A DNA stretch of 64,000 bases. Source: Takakia lepidozioides (Eukaryota; Plantae; Bryophyta). Within the stretch, counting starts at the first letter, position 1; every line of letters starts with the position of its first letter. Below the pieces are notes generated by a model. That model worked only from the letters and a program-made list of their open reading frames with translations, did not search any database and had not been told where the DNA came from. The stretch lies in assembly GCA_030704615.1 (NCBI GenBank), contig CM060731.1:69254001-69318000 (forward strand). The letters are read 5' to 3'. Shown here in pieces: positions 46,401 through 59,769 of the stretch. Both the position numbers and the translations under genes were made by a program.

Positions 46401-49400
46401 CTGTCACACCAGATCATGTCACCTTCGGTGCCCTCATTACTGCTTGTGACCGTGCTGGCCAGGTATATCTGTTGCCATTTTCTGTCTGTTCGCTGGAGTC
46501 CTTGAAATTTGCTTTGATGGCGTATGATCTACTCATGTGGGGGACGCAGTAATTTGGTCCTGCACACACAAAGAGAGGACAGCCACACAAAATCTCATCC
46601 ATGTAGTGATGCACAGGTGGACAGAGCCCTTGAAGTCTACAGGACAATGCGAGCAAGCCGAATAAGAGGAACACCGGAGTGTTATACTGCGGCTGTGCAT
46701 GCTTGCAGTCAAAATGGCAGATTGAAGCTTGCTTTTACTGTATTTGAAGATCTTAAGAAGGATGGCATTCGACCAGATGAGGTATTCCTTGCATACAGTT
46801 AATGGTGGTGTCTTGGCCATAAAGTCTAGCTGCAGCTGAGGCCTCCCAGCAGTGACACCAGTTAACCAAGTGCTTAACATTATCAGAGTTAATAGTATCA
46901 AGCAAGATACGGTTATTTGCAGCCCTTTGGTACAGGTTGGAGTAATTGAATAACGGCTAAAGTCGCAACCTTCTGAAACTTGTTCAGCACATGTTGAATG
47001 TGGCTCAGGTGGTGATGTAGTGGTCACAGCTTGACAGCAGGTATGCTTTTGAAAGCATGACACGGTGATGGTGAGGGGGAGAGTCAGTGTAAAGCTACTG
47101 TCGAATTTGACGAGCAAATGCTGGCTTGGCATACCTCTGGCTTCCAGATGGGGTCCGAAGGGTCGTCGTTGTTTCCTCCCTATGTCAACTTCGCCAATAA
47201 CTGTAGTCTCTGGAGTATGAGTGAACTTTCTTCAGTTTTCCTAGGTTCCCCTGTGTTAAGAAGCCATAAGAGCTAGTAATAGCGAACTCGTGAAGAGGGT
47301 CGGCAAGCTAAGGGTCATATTATGCCACTGTGTAAAATGAGCCTGCAATCCACGTCTCCAAGCACTTCATGGTTGCTTCCATGCGATGAACACCTACAGC
47401 AGTTGCATGCCCTGAGGAACTCTTTGGTAAGCTCAGATGAGGCTAAAGAGCATTTGTGTACTTGCAAGGGTTAGCTAAGTTGTAACATCACTGTTGTTTG
47501 TGCTAAGCAGCAGTTGGTTTGTATGGGCACAGGTTTTTTTTAGTGCATTGGTGGATGTTGCGGGTCATGCTGGGCAAATTGATGCAGCCTTCAATGTACT
47601 CCAAGAGATGAAGAGCGTGGGCATGGTGCCAGGAGTCGTGGTGTATAGTTCCCTGATGGGTGTCTGTAGCAATGTAGGTGGCCCAAAATGGTGATCTTAT
47701 GTTTGTGTCCAGTAGCTTCACTTGAAGCTGGGTTCTTCATACCTTCCTGCATTACAGCATACCTTGTTTGGCTAGCTTGGTGAAACTCGTGCCAGTGTTG
47801 TGGGTATGCCTGCACATGCAATTTTTGGGCCTGTGTGTTATGAGACATTAGGCATACACCTAAGTTACATACAATATTCTGCGTACCATGTCTTGAGCAT
47901 TTTCTACACAGTCATGCTTTAAGCTTGAGTTTTGCCTCTCTGTTTGGTTGTCAGTTAAGATACTTGTGGTCTGTTATTACTTCTACGTAGAGCACATACT
48001 GGTGACAGTGTGTTCTTTAGTGTTAAAAGGAGCTGTTCAACTTACTCCTGTGGATCATGCAGTTGGGCAACTGGGAGAGAGCGTTGGTTGTGTATAAGGA
48101 GATAAAAATCTCTGGTTTACGGCCCACTGTATCGACTTTCAATGCCCTTATGACTGCTCTATGTACGTCCTCGAACAGATCCAATGAGAATCCGCTTGAA
48201 TGTACTGTTCACATGTTCAGCACAAACTGAAGATTAAGTGCATGGCCAGTAGCCTTGGAAGTTAGTTGAAGTAGCAGTATCTTTACATCTAAAGGGATGT
48301 ACACATAACTGAACCTCTGACTTGAGGCTTATTCTGAGTTCTTAAGTCTTTTGATTGAATGGAGCAGGTGGCGGAAAGCAGCTGCAGAATGCGTTGGGTG
48401 TATTGCAAGATTTGAGGAAGGCAGGGGTGATCCCAAATGATGTTACCTACAGTGTTTTGCTGAAGGCTTGTGAGAAGTGAGCAACCCCCCCCCCCCCCCA
48501 ACACACCCCCTCACTCCTCTTGGGAACCGCCTTATCCAGTTCTCCACTTTTGTATGACTTCACAAAGTTCAATTCTTCCATTCCTTCTCTGAGATATGTT
48601 TGACCGAGTTCCTTTTGTTCTCACTTGCTGCACTACTGTCCCATAAGCTGTGCGTTCATTCTAGAAGGGTGAATGGAGGAGAGCCAAAATTAGACCTTCT
48701 CAGGAAACATCTTTCTCCGAAACTCTTTGGGCTTTTTGGATATGCTTTGGTTCTTTGTTTCCCGCATATTATGAGATATAAGGCAGATACCACTGTCTCT
48801 TTAGAGACTCATAGGCTTTTGCTGAGACTTTCAGAAGTGCCTGGCAGTTTACCTGCAGGAGGCTTCCTCTTTGGGCAATTTTGATGTGGTTGTATTTGTT
48901 GTTCTACTTTGTCCCATGGGCCCTCAGGGCCCCTTTCACTCTCTTGTTTGTGTTCCATATGCCCTTGGGCCTGCTGTGGACGTTCTTAATTTCCAGAGAA
49001 GTCTGTCGGCATATCTTCATGAGGGTCTCAATTTTAAGAGTATATCTTGATATGAAAGACTGGATTTTGGGCTTGTTCATGGCCCCTTTTCTTCATTTTT
49101 CTTCCATTATTTTATCCTATAAGCTCTTTGAGCTTTTTGCAGTCATAAAGTTTCTTTCTTCCCTTCTCTTGTTCCTTTCTTGCTCTTGCTTCATACCTAT
49201 GTTCTATCCGTGTTTGCAGCATATCTGCACAAGGCGTTAAATCTTAGACAATCCCTTGATCAGTAGTTGTTTTGGTGCTTGTTGGGGGCCCCACTCTCTT
49301 TCTTCTTTCATGCTTTTCTTGTCCCATGAGCTCTTTGAGCTTTCCGCGGACGTTATGAAGTATCATTTCCTTTCATGATATCAGGATGGTAGCATGCTAC

Positions 49401-52400
49401 CAGCTGCTGGGACTTGCAAGGCTTCCTCTGGGTACTCTTTTGAGTGAAAAATACCAAACTAGTAAATCAACTCGCAACTCTGGAAATCTGCATAATCTGT
49501 GAGCTCAAGGACCAGTAGCAAACAGCCGGTGGTGTTTTGACACTTGGTCTGAATGTACAGGGAAGATAAGGCAGAGCTGGCGCTGGAGCTTTATACAAGT
49601 GCAAGGGCAGAGGGCGTGAACCCCAGTCTGGTCATGTGTGACAGTCTCACTGGTGTGTTTCTGACAATGTATTTTGTGCCTAGCCTAAGGAGAAATGAAA
49701 TGAAATGAAATGTTGCTTTATAGAGAAAGGAAGGAGAATGAAAGCAAGCTCTATAACCTCTACAAAGGCCCAAAGAGCTTATGGGATGGTAACAAAGAAC
49801 AATTAAAAAGACAGTAGACCTAATGCAGGAGTTGAAGACATTTTGTCCACTGGAGGCCCAAAGGGCATTGGGACCAAAAGAAAATGTCAGACACGCAAGA
49901 CATTGACTTAGGCTTTTATGTGTACACTGATTGGAATGGATCTCCCGGGAGTACCTAGTGATCTTTTTGTCATGCCATGCCTTAAGCAGCTGACTCCCAT
50001 GTTGTCTCCAGGGAATTGGTGACATGCCGACATATACTTAGTGTGCACTTGAAGAGACATCATCTTACAACCTTGCAATAACTAGTGTATGTGCTACGAC
50101 TGGCAGATGTTGCCAGTTTCAGAATACAAAGTCAGGATTTTGGGCAAGTCTTAGGGAGCACTGGACCATGCTTATGCATGAGAAAGACTAAAGTCCTGTT
50201 CTTATCACTGCTGCTGTGCAGCCTAATAAGATCAAGGTGAACATCACAGGTAAAAGGTAAGATTGTGAGATCAAGGTAAACAGATTTTTGTTAGAAGTCA
50301 ACTTCAATACGTCCATCCAACAGTACTTGGTGGTGGTGGTGGGAATGAGGCAGGCCTGTGTTTGCGGCGTGTCCGAAGCCGTTCGCCTCCCCCCCAGATT
50401 CCATCCCCGCTTGGCCCTTTGCTGTCTAACAACCTCAATGCTCCCCCTCATGAGCAATGGTATGTAAATAGCTCCCCTCTCTATTTTCCTTTTTTATTTC
50501 TTAGGAGGGGCCAGACCCCGTTCTTCTCTCACAGCCATCCTCAATGTGTATTAAGCTTTAGTTTTAGTTGTGAGCCAGTTGACATCGCATCTCATCGTCC
50601 CACACTTTTCTCTGGGTGACAGAGACTGCAGTTGTTCTGCTGAACTAGCAGGCTTTTTTGCCTTGTGTGCAATACACCCTTGCTTTAGAATAGAGTTGTT
50701 TTGTGTTTGCAACTCAGAATTTTGGCACTGTGTGTTGCAGGGTGACCTGGGCCCTGGCTGTATATCGCCAAACAATTGCAGCAGGTGGGATCCCGACAAT
50801 TAAGTCTCTGGCCCGATTGTTGGGTTGCTTGCGCGCAGCAGAAAAACGTCGTGATCCCAGCTTCTTTGATGAAGGGAGCCTCTCCCTTTATGGCCTTTCC
50901 CGGCTGGCGAGTGCAATGGCTGTTGGTGATGGCTGTGGTGTTTATGACCCTCGCGCTCTTGCGCTCTTTGAGGTTGTTTTTTGTGTTGATGCTATTTTAG
51001 TCTTTCAGGAGTGACTGGCTAGTAGTAATCCACGGTCATAACTGGGTTTCAATTCTTGCTCTTGTCGGATTCTTGCTTGTGATACCTCATTGAAGTCCTA
51101 CAGCCATTGGTTGAAAGCAATTAACCATGGTGACAAGTTGCCCTCTGGTGGTGTAATCAAGGAATTGATGTGAAGGAAGAGCCCTTGTAGCTTGCTAGGT
51201 GAGGAAAATTGCAGTAGAAGTGGGCTCTCTTAATACTAAGTCTGATTTGCACAAAATGTCAAGGCCGTCCAACTGCCTTCAGGGGTTTGCTTGCTCTCAT
51301 GTCTCTTTACAGGATGAATGACCCATCTAGGTTCTTTTTCAGGGGGGTTCCAACTCAAGCTCCTGTCCATTAATATTACTTGAGGGATTGCAGTGGAATG
51401 CTCAATTATGGAATCATCATTAAACTAACCAGGTGAAGCATCAAGATGCTCTCTTCAACAAAATTTGCCTCGATGATTGCAGGAGGCAGCTGCTATAGGT
51501 GTTGTTCCACATTTCTCCTACACTGCTGGTCCAATAGTTGTCAATACAGACAATATGGCTGTCTTTGTTGCTGAGGTAACCTCTTTCCACCTTCATCTCC
51601 AGCTAGGCGTTTACATGTGTTGGAGGCAGATAGGCAGAGATAGGGTGTGTACTCTCAGACGTTGTTTGCTGTAGCCTTGTGGCTATAGACCCTGGAGATA
51701 GAGAGAGAGACAGATGGGAGATGTAGGGAGTGTTGCACCTGCAGGAATCGCAGGTGCTTACGTCATAGAGCAAATTCACACAAATTTCCAGAGTGAAACA
51801 AAGTTGATGTGGCCCTGCCGCAGTGTCAAGTTTGTCCATAGCAACTTCTATCTTACTGGGCCAACCCATTGTGATGTTGGAGACATTTTCAGCATAGCAG
51901 TAGCAGATTCATCGATGAGTAAGTTGATGAGATTTCACTATGTGGAAGGTTTTACAAGGTGTCTTTGTTTGTCAAACACTAAGCTTGTGTGCCTTCTTAG
52001 AGAATATCGCACATTGTCACGCTGTCTTGCTGATGCCTGGTGGATTTTGGATTGTTCAGGTTTGCATGCTTACTCTATTAAAAGGTCTGAAACATCGGAA
52101 TGATGCTGGTAAGTAAAGTTGTCTGCGTTGATGCTCTTAGAATTATTAGAGAGATGTCAGTTCATACTCTGCCGGTTCCTGGTTGAGTGCCTGGTTTAGC
52201 CTTCACAGCTCTGGCAGCTCGGCTTCATCCTGAAATTGTTCATACTTCTTAGCTGGTGCTCATCTGACACCCCAGTTCACAGTCAGGTTAACCAGTGACT
52301 ACATGTGTGGTGTGGGATCTGTGCAGGTGCCCGCCTACATTCCGTGTCCATCACCTTCTTGGTACAGAAGAAGGGTGTATTTACTCTCAACAGAGGCTTA

Positions 52401-53391
52401 AGGGGTGTCACCATTGTCGGCAGGTATGGATCGCTCTATGTTCTGTTGCTAGCTTGCAGGTTGTGGTCTTCAAACCATCCCAAATCTGGATTTGTAGAAC
52501 TATGAAACCAGAAGCTGATCTAGGCTGGAGCCCTTCTCAACTCCTCCCGGACGTAAGCTAGAAGTGACTCAATTCTGTCTCCAACAGATGCATGAGGACT
52601 TGTGCTTCAAGTGTCCAATCCTCTGCCATTTTATGTGCAAGCAAATTATCTACACATCATCTTATAAACTCAGGACAAGGAGGCGTCGATTTATTGATAT
52701 CAAGGGATCCCAGCTTACTTTTCACATCCCTCAGTCTGGAATCACAGCTTGGAGACTCTCTTATCACTATTCTGTGACAAGTCCTCCATTCCTTCATGAG
52801 TAAATCTTATGGTTAGAAGTCCTGCTCTTGCAATCTTATTCTATGATCATGTAAGTCTTGACATAATGGCATCTTCTGGGGAGCTCAAACAGGACTGGTC
52901 AGGCAGTGGCTGCCCTGCTGAGGCGTTTGCGGTTGAAGTACCAAGGACACGACAGCTCTGGCAAGATTCGAATCACTGTGGGTGCCATCCGCAGATTGCT
53001 AGAACCCACACCCAGCCCGCAAACACTGAACCCCACTCTCCGGCCGGCAGAAGTCGGGGCTTCCCCATATTCACGGTTAGCGAAAAGCATTGCTGAGCAG
53101 CAGCGTGCGATAAGAATGGGCGAGGTTCCTCCATTCTCTTCAGAAGTGGATCTTCGGTCAGGATTGGGATACAGGGCTGGCCCTGAGAAAGGGGGAGCCG
53201 CGACTTGGAATCAGCGTCCGCAGGGTGGCTGGGAGAACTACCCATCAGAGTCGCATGGTTATGAGCAGGGTGGCTGGGAGAACTACCCATCAGAGTCACG
53301 TGGTTATGAGCGTAACGGATCAAGGAGGCCAAATGGACCTTCAAAAGTAGGGGGCCCACCCATGAGCTGGGAAAGGAAGAAAAGGCCTTAA
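43441..53391 (+). CDS. MRL1: Chloroplast P-class pentatricopeptide repeat protein MRL1 (rbcL mRNA maturation/stabilisation); 17 exons, ~1096 aa
   Basis: Phase-consistent exons: 43441-44420, 44702-44765, 44860-45004, 45309-45424, 45783-45911, 46289-46462, 46617-46781, 47533-47673, 48063-48162, 48368-48476, 49561-49652, 50354-50459, 50741-50972, 51483-51575, 52060-52108, 52327-52423, 52893-53391 (3291 nt). Signature stretches: KFFDACKKRRAVKEAFRF, GLKADCMFYTTLISACSKAG, ANVHTFGAMIDGCARAG, KVKPDRVIFNTLINACGRAGAVERAFDVLSDMKAE, GTPECYTAAVHACSQ, YDPRALALFEEAA, TGQAVAALLRRLRLKYQGHDSSGKIRI, IAEQQRAIR. Confidence 0.93.
43975..44169 (+). repeat. Coding 51-bp minisatellite x~4 in MRL1 exon 1 (EVLVEDSSSSASSDAEx)
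   Basis: Units start at 43975, 44026, 44077 and 44128; in frame. Confidence 0.92.
53221..53310 (+). repeat. Coding 45-bp tandem duplication in the MRL1 C-terminal tail (QGGWENYPSESxGYE x2)
   Basis: cagggtggctgggagaactacccatcagagtc... repeated at 53221 and 53266. Confidence 0.92.
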
Positions 53392-54244
53392 TTCTTTATC
53401 AAATTTTGACTGGAGTTGTCAAGTATCATTCTGCTTCCCATTTCATGGGCACAAATTTATAGATTACAGTGTATTTCATAGCTTAATCTGCTGAGTAAAG
53501 CCGTGGCACAGTTGCAGTACATTAATACTCTATGTACTCTCTGCTTGCTGTCATGAACACCCTGCTGCAAGCTTTGATTGTGGTTCCTAGTTCCATAGTC
53601 GGGGTACTGTGAGGCTGGCATTGCCCTCGGGGGCGCTTGCTTGTTCCCCCCCCCTTGTTCAAAACCCATTCATCTGTAATAACAAGCAAAATGCAAATGG
53701 CGGGAGCTTCTTGGATGCCTTGCATCCTACCCTACATTGCAGGTGTTGTGTTACATAACTTTTGAGTGTATGATACTAAACATGATGTTTTTTTATGAGT
53801 GTTTTACAGAGTCCTTTGTCAAGAGTACTGCTGGAGGCCTGCAAGGTGGAGGCATAGGTAGCAGTGCTGAACTCTCTCAATGAGAAAGCTCTTGCTGCAG
53901 TGTCACAAGTAAGAGAGATGACTCACCCAGACACCTTTGATCACCATAGCCCAGCGTGTCTCCATCCACTCGATGATCTTTGACCAACGACGCAAGCGTT
54001 TCGGTGGGTTGTATCCTGGGTGTCGTAGTGGAGACCAGGAGAGACTGAAAAGTTGATGTTTGTGACTCACAGAAACAAGAACATGCACTCACAAACATTT
54101 CCACACAACATACAGAATAGCAGATTTTTCTATCACCTGCAGCAACAGGAATTTTCCGACCAGAAATGGAACTACCAATATACTTCTGAATAGATCTAAG
54201 CATCTGAATTCTCTAGCATGATCCAGTTATGTAATCGGCATTGC

Positions 54245-54344
54245 CCTAAAAGGAATCTCCAGGTCTGTTGATGCACATTGCTGAGAGGTAGCTCAGTGTC
54301 TCCCCAATAACCGGAAGCCCAGATCAGCCAAGTGGAAGGGGGTA
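54245..54344 (-). pseudogene. Cytochrome P450 (CYP85-clan-like) N-terminal remnant
   Basis: Translates YPLPLG*SGLPVIGETLSYLSAMCINRPGDSF*, matching the LPPGSxGLPxIGETL proline-rich hinge. Contains stops; no intact downstream exons found. Confidence 0.62.
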
Positions 54345-57039
54345 GAAGAGGGCTGTCGATCTCAACCATGGTTATCATACTACCCAGGTAGCCCTCCAAT
54401 ATTCACAATCTACTACAGAGTTCAACACCTGCAGTTTTCCGTCTGTGTCTCTTCACTTGCACTTGTAACTAAAGTGTACAGACAGGTCTGTCATGTACCA
54501 GAGCGTTAAGGAGCGTCCTCCATCACTTGCGCTCTCAAGTGCCCAGAAAGCACGCTTGAATCCCCGGATGATGCAGCTGCTACCTCATGCCTCATGATAA
54601 TCTCTGTGGTAGCCGCAGAGCCTGTTACAAGACAACTTTGTAGACAACCTATCTTGCAATGGAACCACTGAACGGAATTGCCTGCCCACACCTACATTAC
54701 ACACTCGTAGATTGAATCAAAAGTAGCCCTACAGGAAATTCTTGAGGACATTCCAGAAGACTTACCATGAAATAAAAGACCTATAACATAGGAAGGAAAA
54801 TCAGCATTGATGCCCTCTACGCCCTAAATGTGTGCAAACTGTACCAAACTTTACAATCCTCTGATCAGGAAACACACTGATGCATGTTTGTTAAGTAAGG
54901 TCAGGGTGACAGCGGCGGTGATAGGAAGCATTCACTACGTTCTGCCAATGAGCAAAGGGATAAGATGGCTGGGGACCCCTCAGGATATTTTTAAGGATGT
55001 AGATCATACTGTGAAGATGCATGCAAATTTTCAATCTGAAAGTCAAGAGGAAATTGTCCAGACAAGTAGAAATTAGAAGAGAAAACGATAATATTAGGGC
55101 ACTCAACTCTCACAGACAACAGGAAATTAGAAACCAGTCCTGCATGACCCCACAAACCTGCTTCAGTGTCTCTTTCACAGGAGATCGGGCATTCAGTACC
55201 ATAATGTCTGAGCTGCTCATGGTAATGATATGGAAGAGTACCAACAAGTCACGGTGGACTGTAGTGCAGCAGTATTGTGACAGGGAAGTCTTGGGGGGGT
55301 CACTTGTTACACACCAGAAACTGAGAAACAATCAGTATAAGAAACAGTCCTGGCTGGTGAATTAAGACCTACTTAAGAGGAACATGCCTTATCCCCTGGA
55401 TGATTTACTATTGGAACAATCTTAGTTGGGAACAATCTTTGGTTTGGGCCGATTGAGTCCACCATACATGATTCATGGAAAAAGGGACATAATGTTCACT
55501 TGATCGTAGACACTCACTGCACATCTTTGAAGCACCCATAAGTCAATTTACAACAACCGCAAGTCTTAGACTAGATGAACAACATTTTTATTACTTCAAA
55601 AAAAAGGTTTGATGCCATAGTGAAATCATGGTTCTCATGGAGCAGTCTTTAATGAATTTAAACCTCTAGAATTTCAAGCTCCTAAGTGCAGGGTGTACTT
55701 CTGTGAGTGGTTCGTATACTCGGAGCTCTTCTCCGAGCTCTACAACTATCAACTTCATCAGGCTACATTGCCTTGATCTTCTTCGGTCCGACAATATAGG
55801 TGAGGTTTCAAACAAGGCTACACCGTTTGGGACGACTGCAAAAACAAGTTCGTCACTACACGTCGGAGATTGGATACCCACTGTCGTACCTTCATCCCCT
55901 TGTCTATAGCAGACCCATTTCTCTGCTGCAGCCAGCTCAAACCCAAGGTAGGGATCAGAAACTCTGCTACATGTGTTTCCACATGCATCTACAACCGAGC
56001 TTCAAAATTAGGACTATCAGGGGCGGACCCTTGCACACTGAGAACAATCTGCATAGGAGGGCTATGTGTGGGTGTCGGCCGTACCTCTAGGTAAAACAAC
56101 ATAGCAGCTTCACCATTCTCATGATCTCTAACATGGTACCTTGCAACGTCTCCTTGCCATTTGAAGGCTTCGACTGATGCCTTGCCCCCGTCAGTCTCAC
56201 AACTGAGCTTGGCTGCATCTTCTACCCCATTGCAATCGCTGTCCTACTTTATAAAGATTAACTCAACCTGCCTATCATCATAGTCTTGGTAACATATGTT
56301 ACCAAAGACATCTAGCAAGGAGACACTCATGGGAGGGAAGTGCTCTCCAACTGATAAATCTGAATCAATTTGGCAACGCGGTTGCAAAATCCCACATACC
56401 GGACGGTAACGTATGTCGCGTGAAGGCTAGAGGCATGAGCCTGGCCAACTTCCCAGGATACAAACCCACAATCCTACTAAGAACTATGGATGAGCCGGCA
56501 ACCTCTCGTTGTAACATCAAAGAGAGATCCAAATTAAAGACGCAGTCTATACTTCGGACCTGAGACGATTATGCGTGGCATAGCTGGGCCGAAATCGTTT
56601 GTTGTTGGGGTAGTTCTTCTTCTCGAATCTGATGATTTGTCCTTTTGGGGTCCTCGACCTCCATTCACCCAGCTCATCGTCATTGTCAATCCACTCCAAC
56701 TCCAGATTGAGTTGTAACTGATCCACAATACATTCAAGGTATAAAAAGGTCAGCCCTTATGAATATACACCTAGAGCTTATGGCAGATCTAGAGCTTGTG
56801 GCAGATGTCTCCTACCCGTTTATATGATTCTTGACAAAAGAGACGGTAGGATCATGAGCACCTCGGAAAGGGCTGCATGTTAATATAGTAGGAAGGAAAG
56901 AGATTTCGGGCTGCATGTACATGTATAGCAATGAAAGAATATAGAATTGTAATTAGAATGTGTACACAAAAACAAACACTCCTATCCAACCAGGCAATTG
57001 GCAATCAAGGCAAAGTTATCCTCTTTGAAGATTTTCCAG

Positions 57040-57570
57040 AGTGAGGCAGACTGGGGTGACAAGCATATTGAGTGACAACAGACACCAGGGTGACTGGGAA
57101 GGGAGTGTCACTCCAAACTTGACTAAGTATTAGATTTATTCAGAAGAAGTGTCACCCCATGTGTAGGGTGACACAAAACAGAGCCAGGTGACACAGGTGA
57201 CAGTAACCACACCGGGGTGAAGGGTGACTGGCATCCAGAGTGACACCAGACAACAGGGTGACACGGAAGGGAGTGTCACTCCAGGTATTAAAATCAGACC
57301 TGGACCCGGGTGACAGGTGACATCATCCTTATTGACACCAGACAACACCAGGGTGACACAGAAGGGAGTGTCACTCCAAACATGACTAAGTATTAAAGTG
57401 TCACCCCATACAGAGGGTGACACAAACTAGTGGTGACACGGACTCTGGTGAAGAGTGACACCAAGGGACAACTTGACAAAGTATTGAAATATAGTAAGAG
57501 GAGTGTGTCACCCCACGCTGGTGACAATAACCACCACAGGAGCTGGGGTGACACTATCGCCTCCCCCCCT
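57040..57570. mobile_element. Non-autonomous DNA-transposon-like element dense in GGTGACAC/GTGTCACC motifs
   Basis: More than 20 GTGAC/GTCAC cores in both orientations, plus three copies of a unit like gggtgacacggaagggagtgtcactcca (~57088, ~57256, ~57351). Confidence 0.55.
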
Positions 57571-59769
57571 GGAGGAGCAGACGCTGCCTGAGTCTGGCGA
57601 CAATACTGTAAAAAGAGAGAGAGAAATGTAGGTGTAGCTCTAAAGACCTATCTCACATCCCAAATTCCTTACATACAGGTCCAGCTTGTCAAGTTTCAAA
57701 AGATAATGTTTTCTAGATAATTTACATTCTTCTCAATCTCATACGGGAGCTTTGCTCTGAGTTTACTTACATTCTCCAGAATGTCAGAACCGAGATTTTC
57801 TGGTTTCGTGTTGTGGTCTAGAGCAAGGAAGTCCATGATAAAGGTTTCCCCGCAAGTGGTTTGCAGTGGGCGTCCTTGAGCTTACGCGTTGTAGGCCAAG
57901 GCGGCAAGCAACTCCCATTCGCACCTCTACCTGCACCAGACGTGTGACCAGCAGCTAGTTTCATATATATCCATGAGACAGTCTTTGATTGCCAAATTGA
58001 ATCAAGATTGAAAACCGGGATACTGCTAAGCCAGGATGTTGCTGTTCAACAAATGGTGTTGACAAAGGGGAATGTTGGCATCTGGGCTTACTGCTTAGAC
58101 AACAGACTCAAGTGCACATTGATAGCCTGTAACAGAGTGCTCTTACCTGTTTAGTGGGATCTGCTCCCCGCCCCTATCCCCTGCTTCTTTAGAAAATTGA
58201 CGTAAGTAGATAGAGCCCGCTAGGTATCTCCTACCTTGGACCTTCCCTAGAGGGTCCACAATCGAACAGTAAGTTGGCAAATTGTGTTGACAACTTAGAG
58301 AAATCTTGGTAGGAATATTTGGGAATTCATGATCTGTACAAGTTACAATATATCAATGAGAGGACTACAAACCTTGAGATGGATAGCCTTTATGTCCTCA
58401 AAGGTGGAGTGGGAGATCAACCCCTGCCATATGCCTTGTCTCTTAGGCATCGTGGGTATCTCACATCTCCCCTTGACTAGAGGACAATTGATGCGTTCCC
58501 CAGGACAATCCGAGGAAAATCCGAAAGTAGCTGTGGTGAGGTCCATCCGCTGTTGTATCGATTTTCCCATCGCTGTCTACGACTTCCAGGTGCCACGATG
58601 TCATCCAACCTCCTCCCTACGGTACACTTACTTGGGATTGTTTGGACAACCATCCTGATCTCATTAGGCCGGAAGCTGGTAATTGACCCAGAGGCACGTA
58701 CTGTTATTCTGACCGGCCGAGAGACACCAGAGTAGTCTATATTGACCCTGGCAATGGTGCATAGCAAAATGCAATACTGCTGCCCAAGCTCTGGATATGC
58801 ATTTGAGACCTGAACGTGGACATCACTTCTATTTGACATAGCATCCATTCAAGCGCCATCTGCGCTTAGATTAACGTGGAAACTCTCGATCAGTATTTAG
58901 GCATGACTGAAAACGTTCAGCCTAGACTACAGCCTCGGGTATTATCTATTTGACATAGCATCCATTTCCAGAAACACCATCTGTGCTTAAATTGACCTAG
59001 ACACTCTCGATCAGTATTTAAGCATGACGGAAAACTTTCAGCGTAGTGAACCTGCAGGCGAAAGATCCTTTGAAAAAGCATGGACATCCAGGGAAGAAGG
59101 AATTGTTACCACAGAATAGGCTTCACGCGGTAACATCGCTAAGTCCTCCCCCAACCGCTTCATCCTCCTGCAGTTTCCGAATTATCAGGACCTCCAAGGG
59201 GGATCCAAAAGGAGAGAGAGGATCCAAAACTAGAGAGACGGAGGGAGAGAAACTCTCCCAGAGAGACGAGTTGATCATGCACAGCTACCAAAATCCGTGC
59301 ACCACGTTAGCAACGATTTGTGTACCAATGTGCTTCAGATACAATAGCTCAGAGTATATGCACAAAAGCAGGGGAGAATGCGCGTAGTGAAAGCCCACTT
59401 CTGTGGTATGGTAGCGGTGAGCCGGTGCAGAGAGGGACCTTGTGAAAGGTGACAGCCTCGAGCAGCTCCCTACGGCCGACCGTAGGTGTTAACTAGACAG
59501 GCAATTAACAATTAATTGCAATTGTATTCTAATCTCCTCCTCCTCCACTGCATTCATGACAAACACTGTAACCCCAAGAATCCCTTCTGAAGTTCTGATC
59601 AATATTTGAACAACTGCCCCTTCACTTATCGTTTCTCTCATGGATCCATGGGGGTCCTTGTGATTACACATTAAGTATGAGCTCCAACGGGGAGTCCAAA
59701 CTGGATATCAGACGCTCCAACTGGGTCCCATTGCCTGCAATACGTATATAATCGTGATTCAAGGTAGTT

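Noticed and set aside
48600-49400. Hydrophobic ORFs suggesting a nested membrane-protein gene
   Set aside because: T-rich sequence inside MRL1 intron 10, most likely the antisense of a decayed TE.
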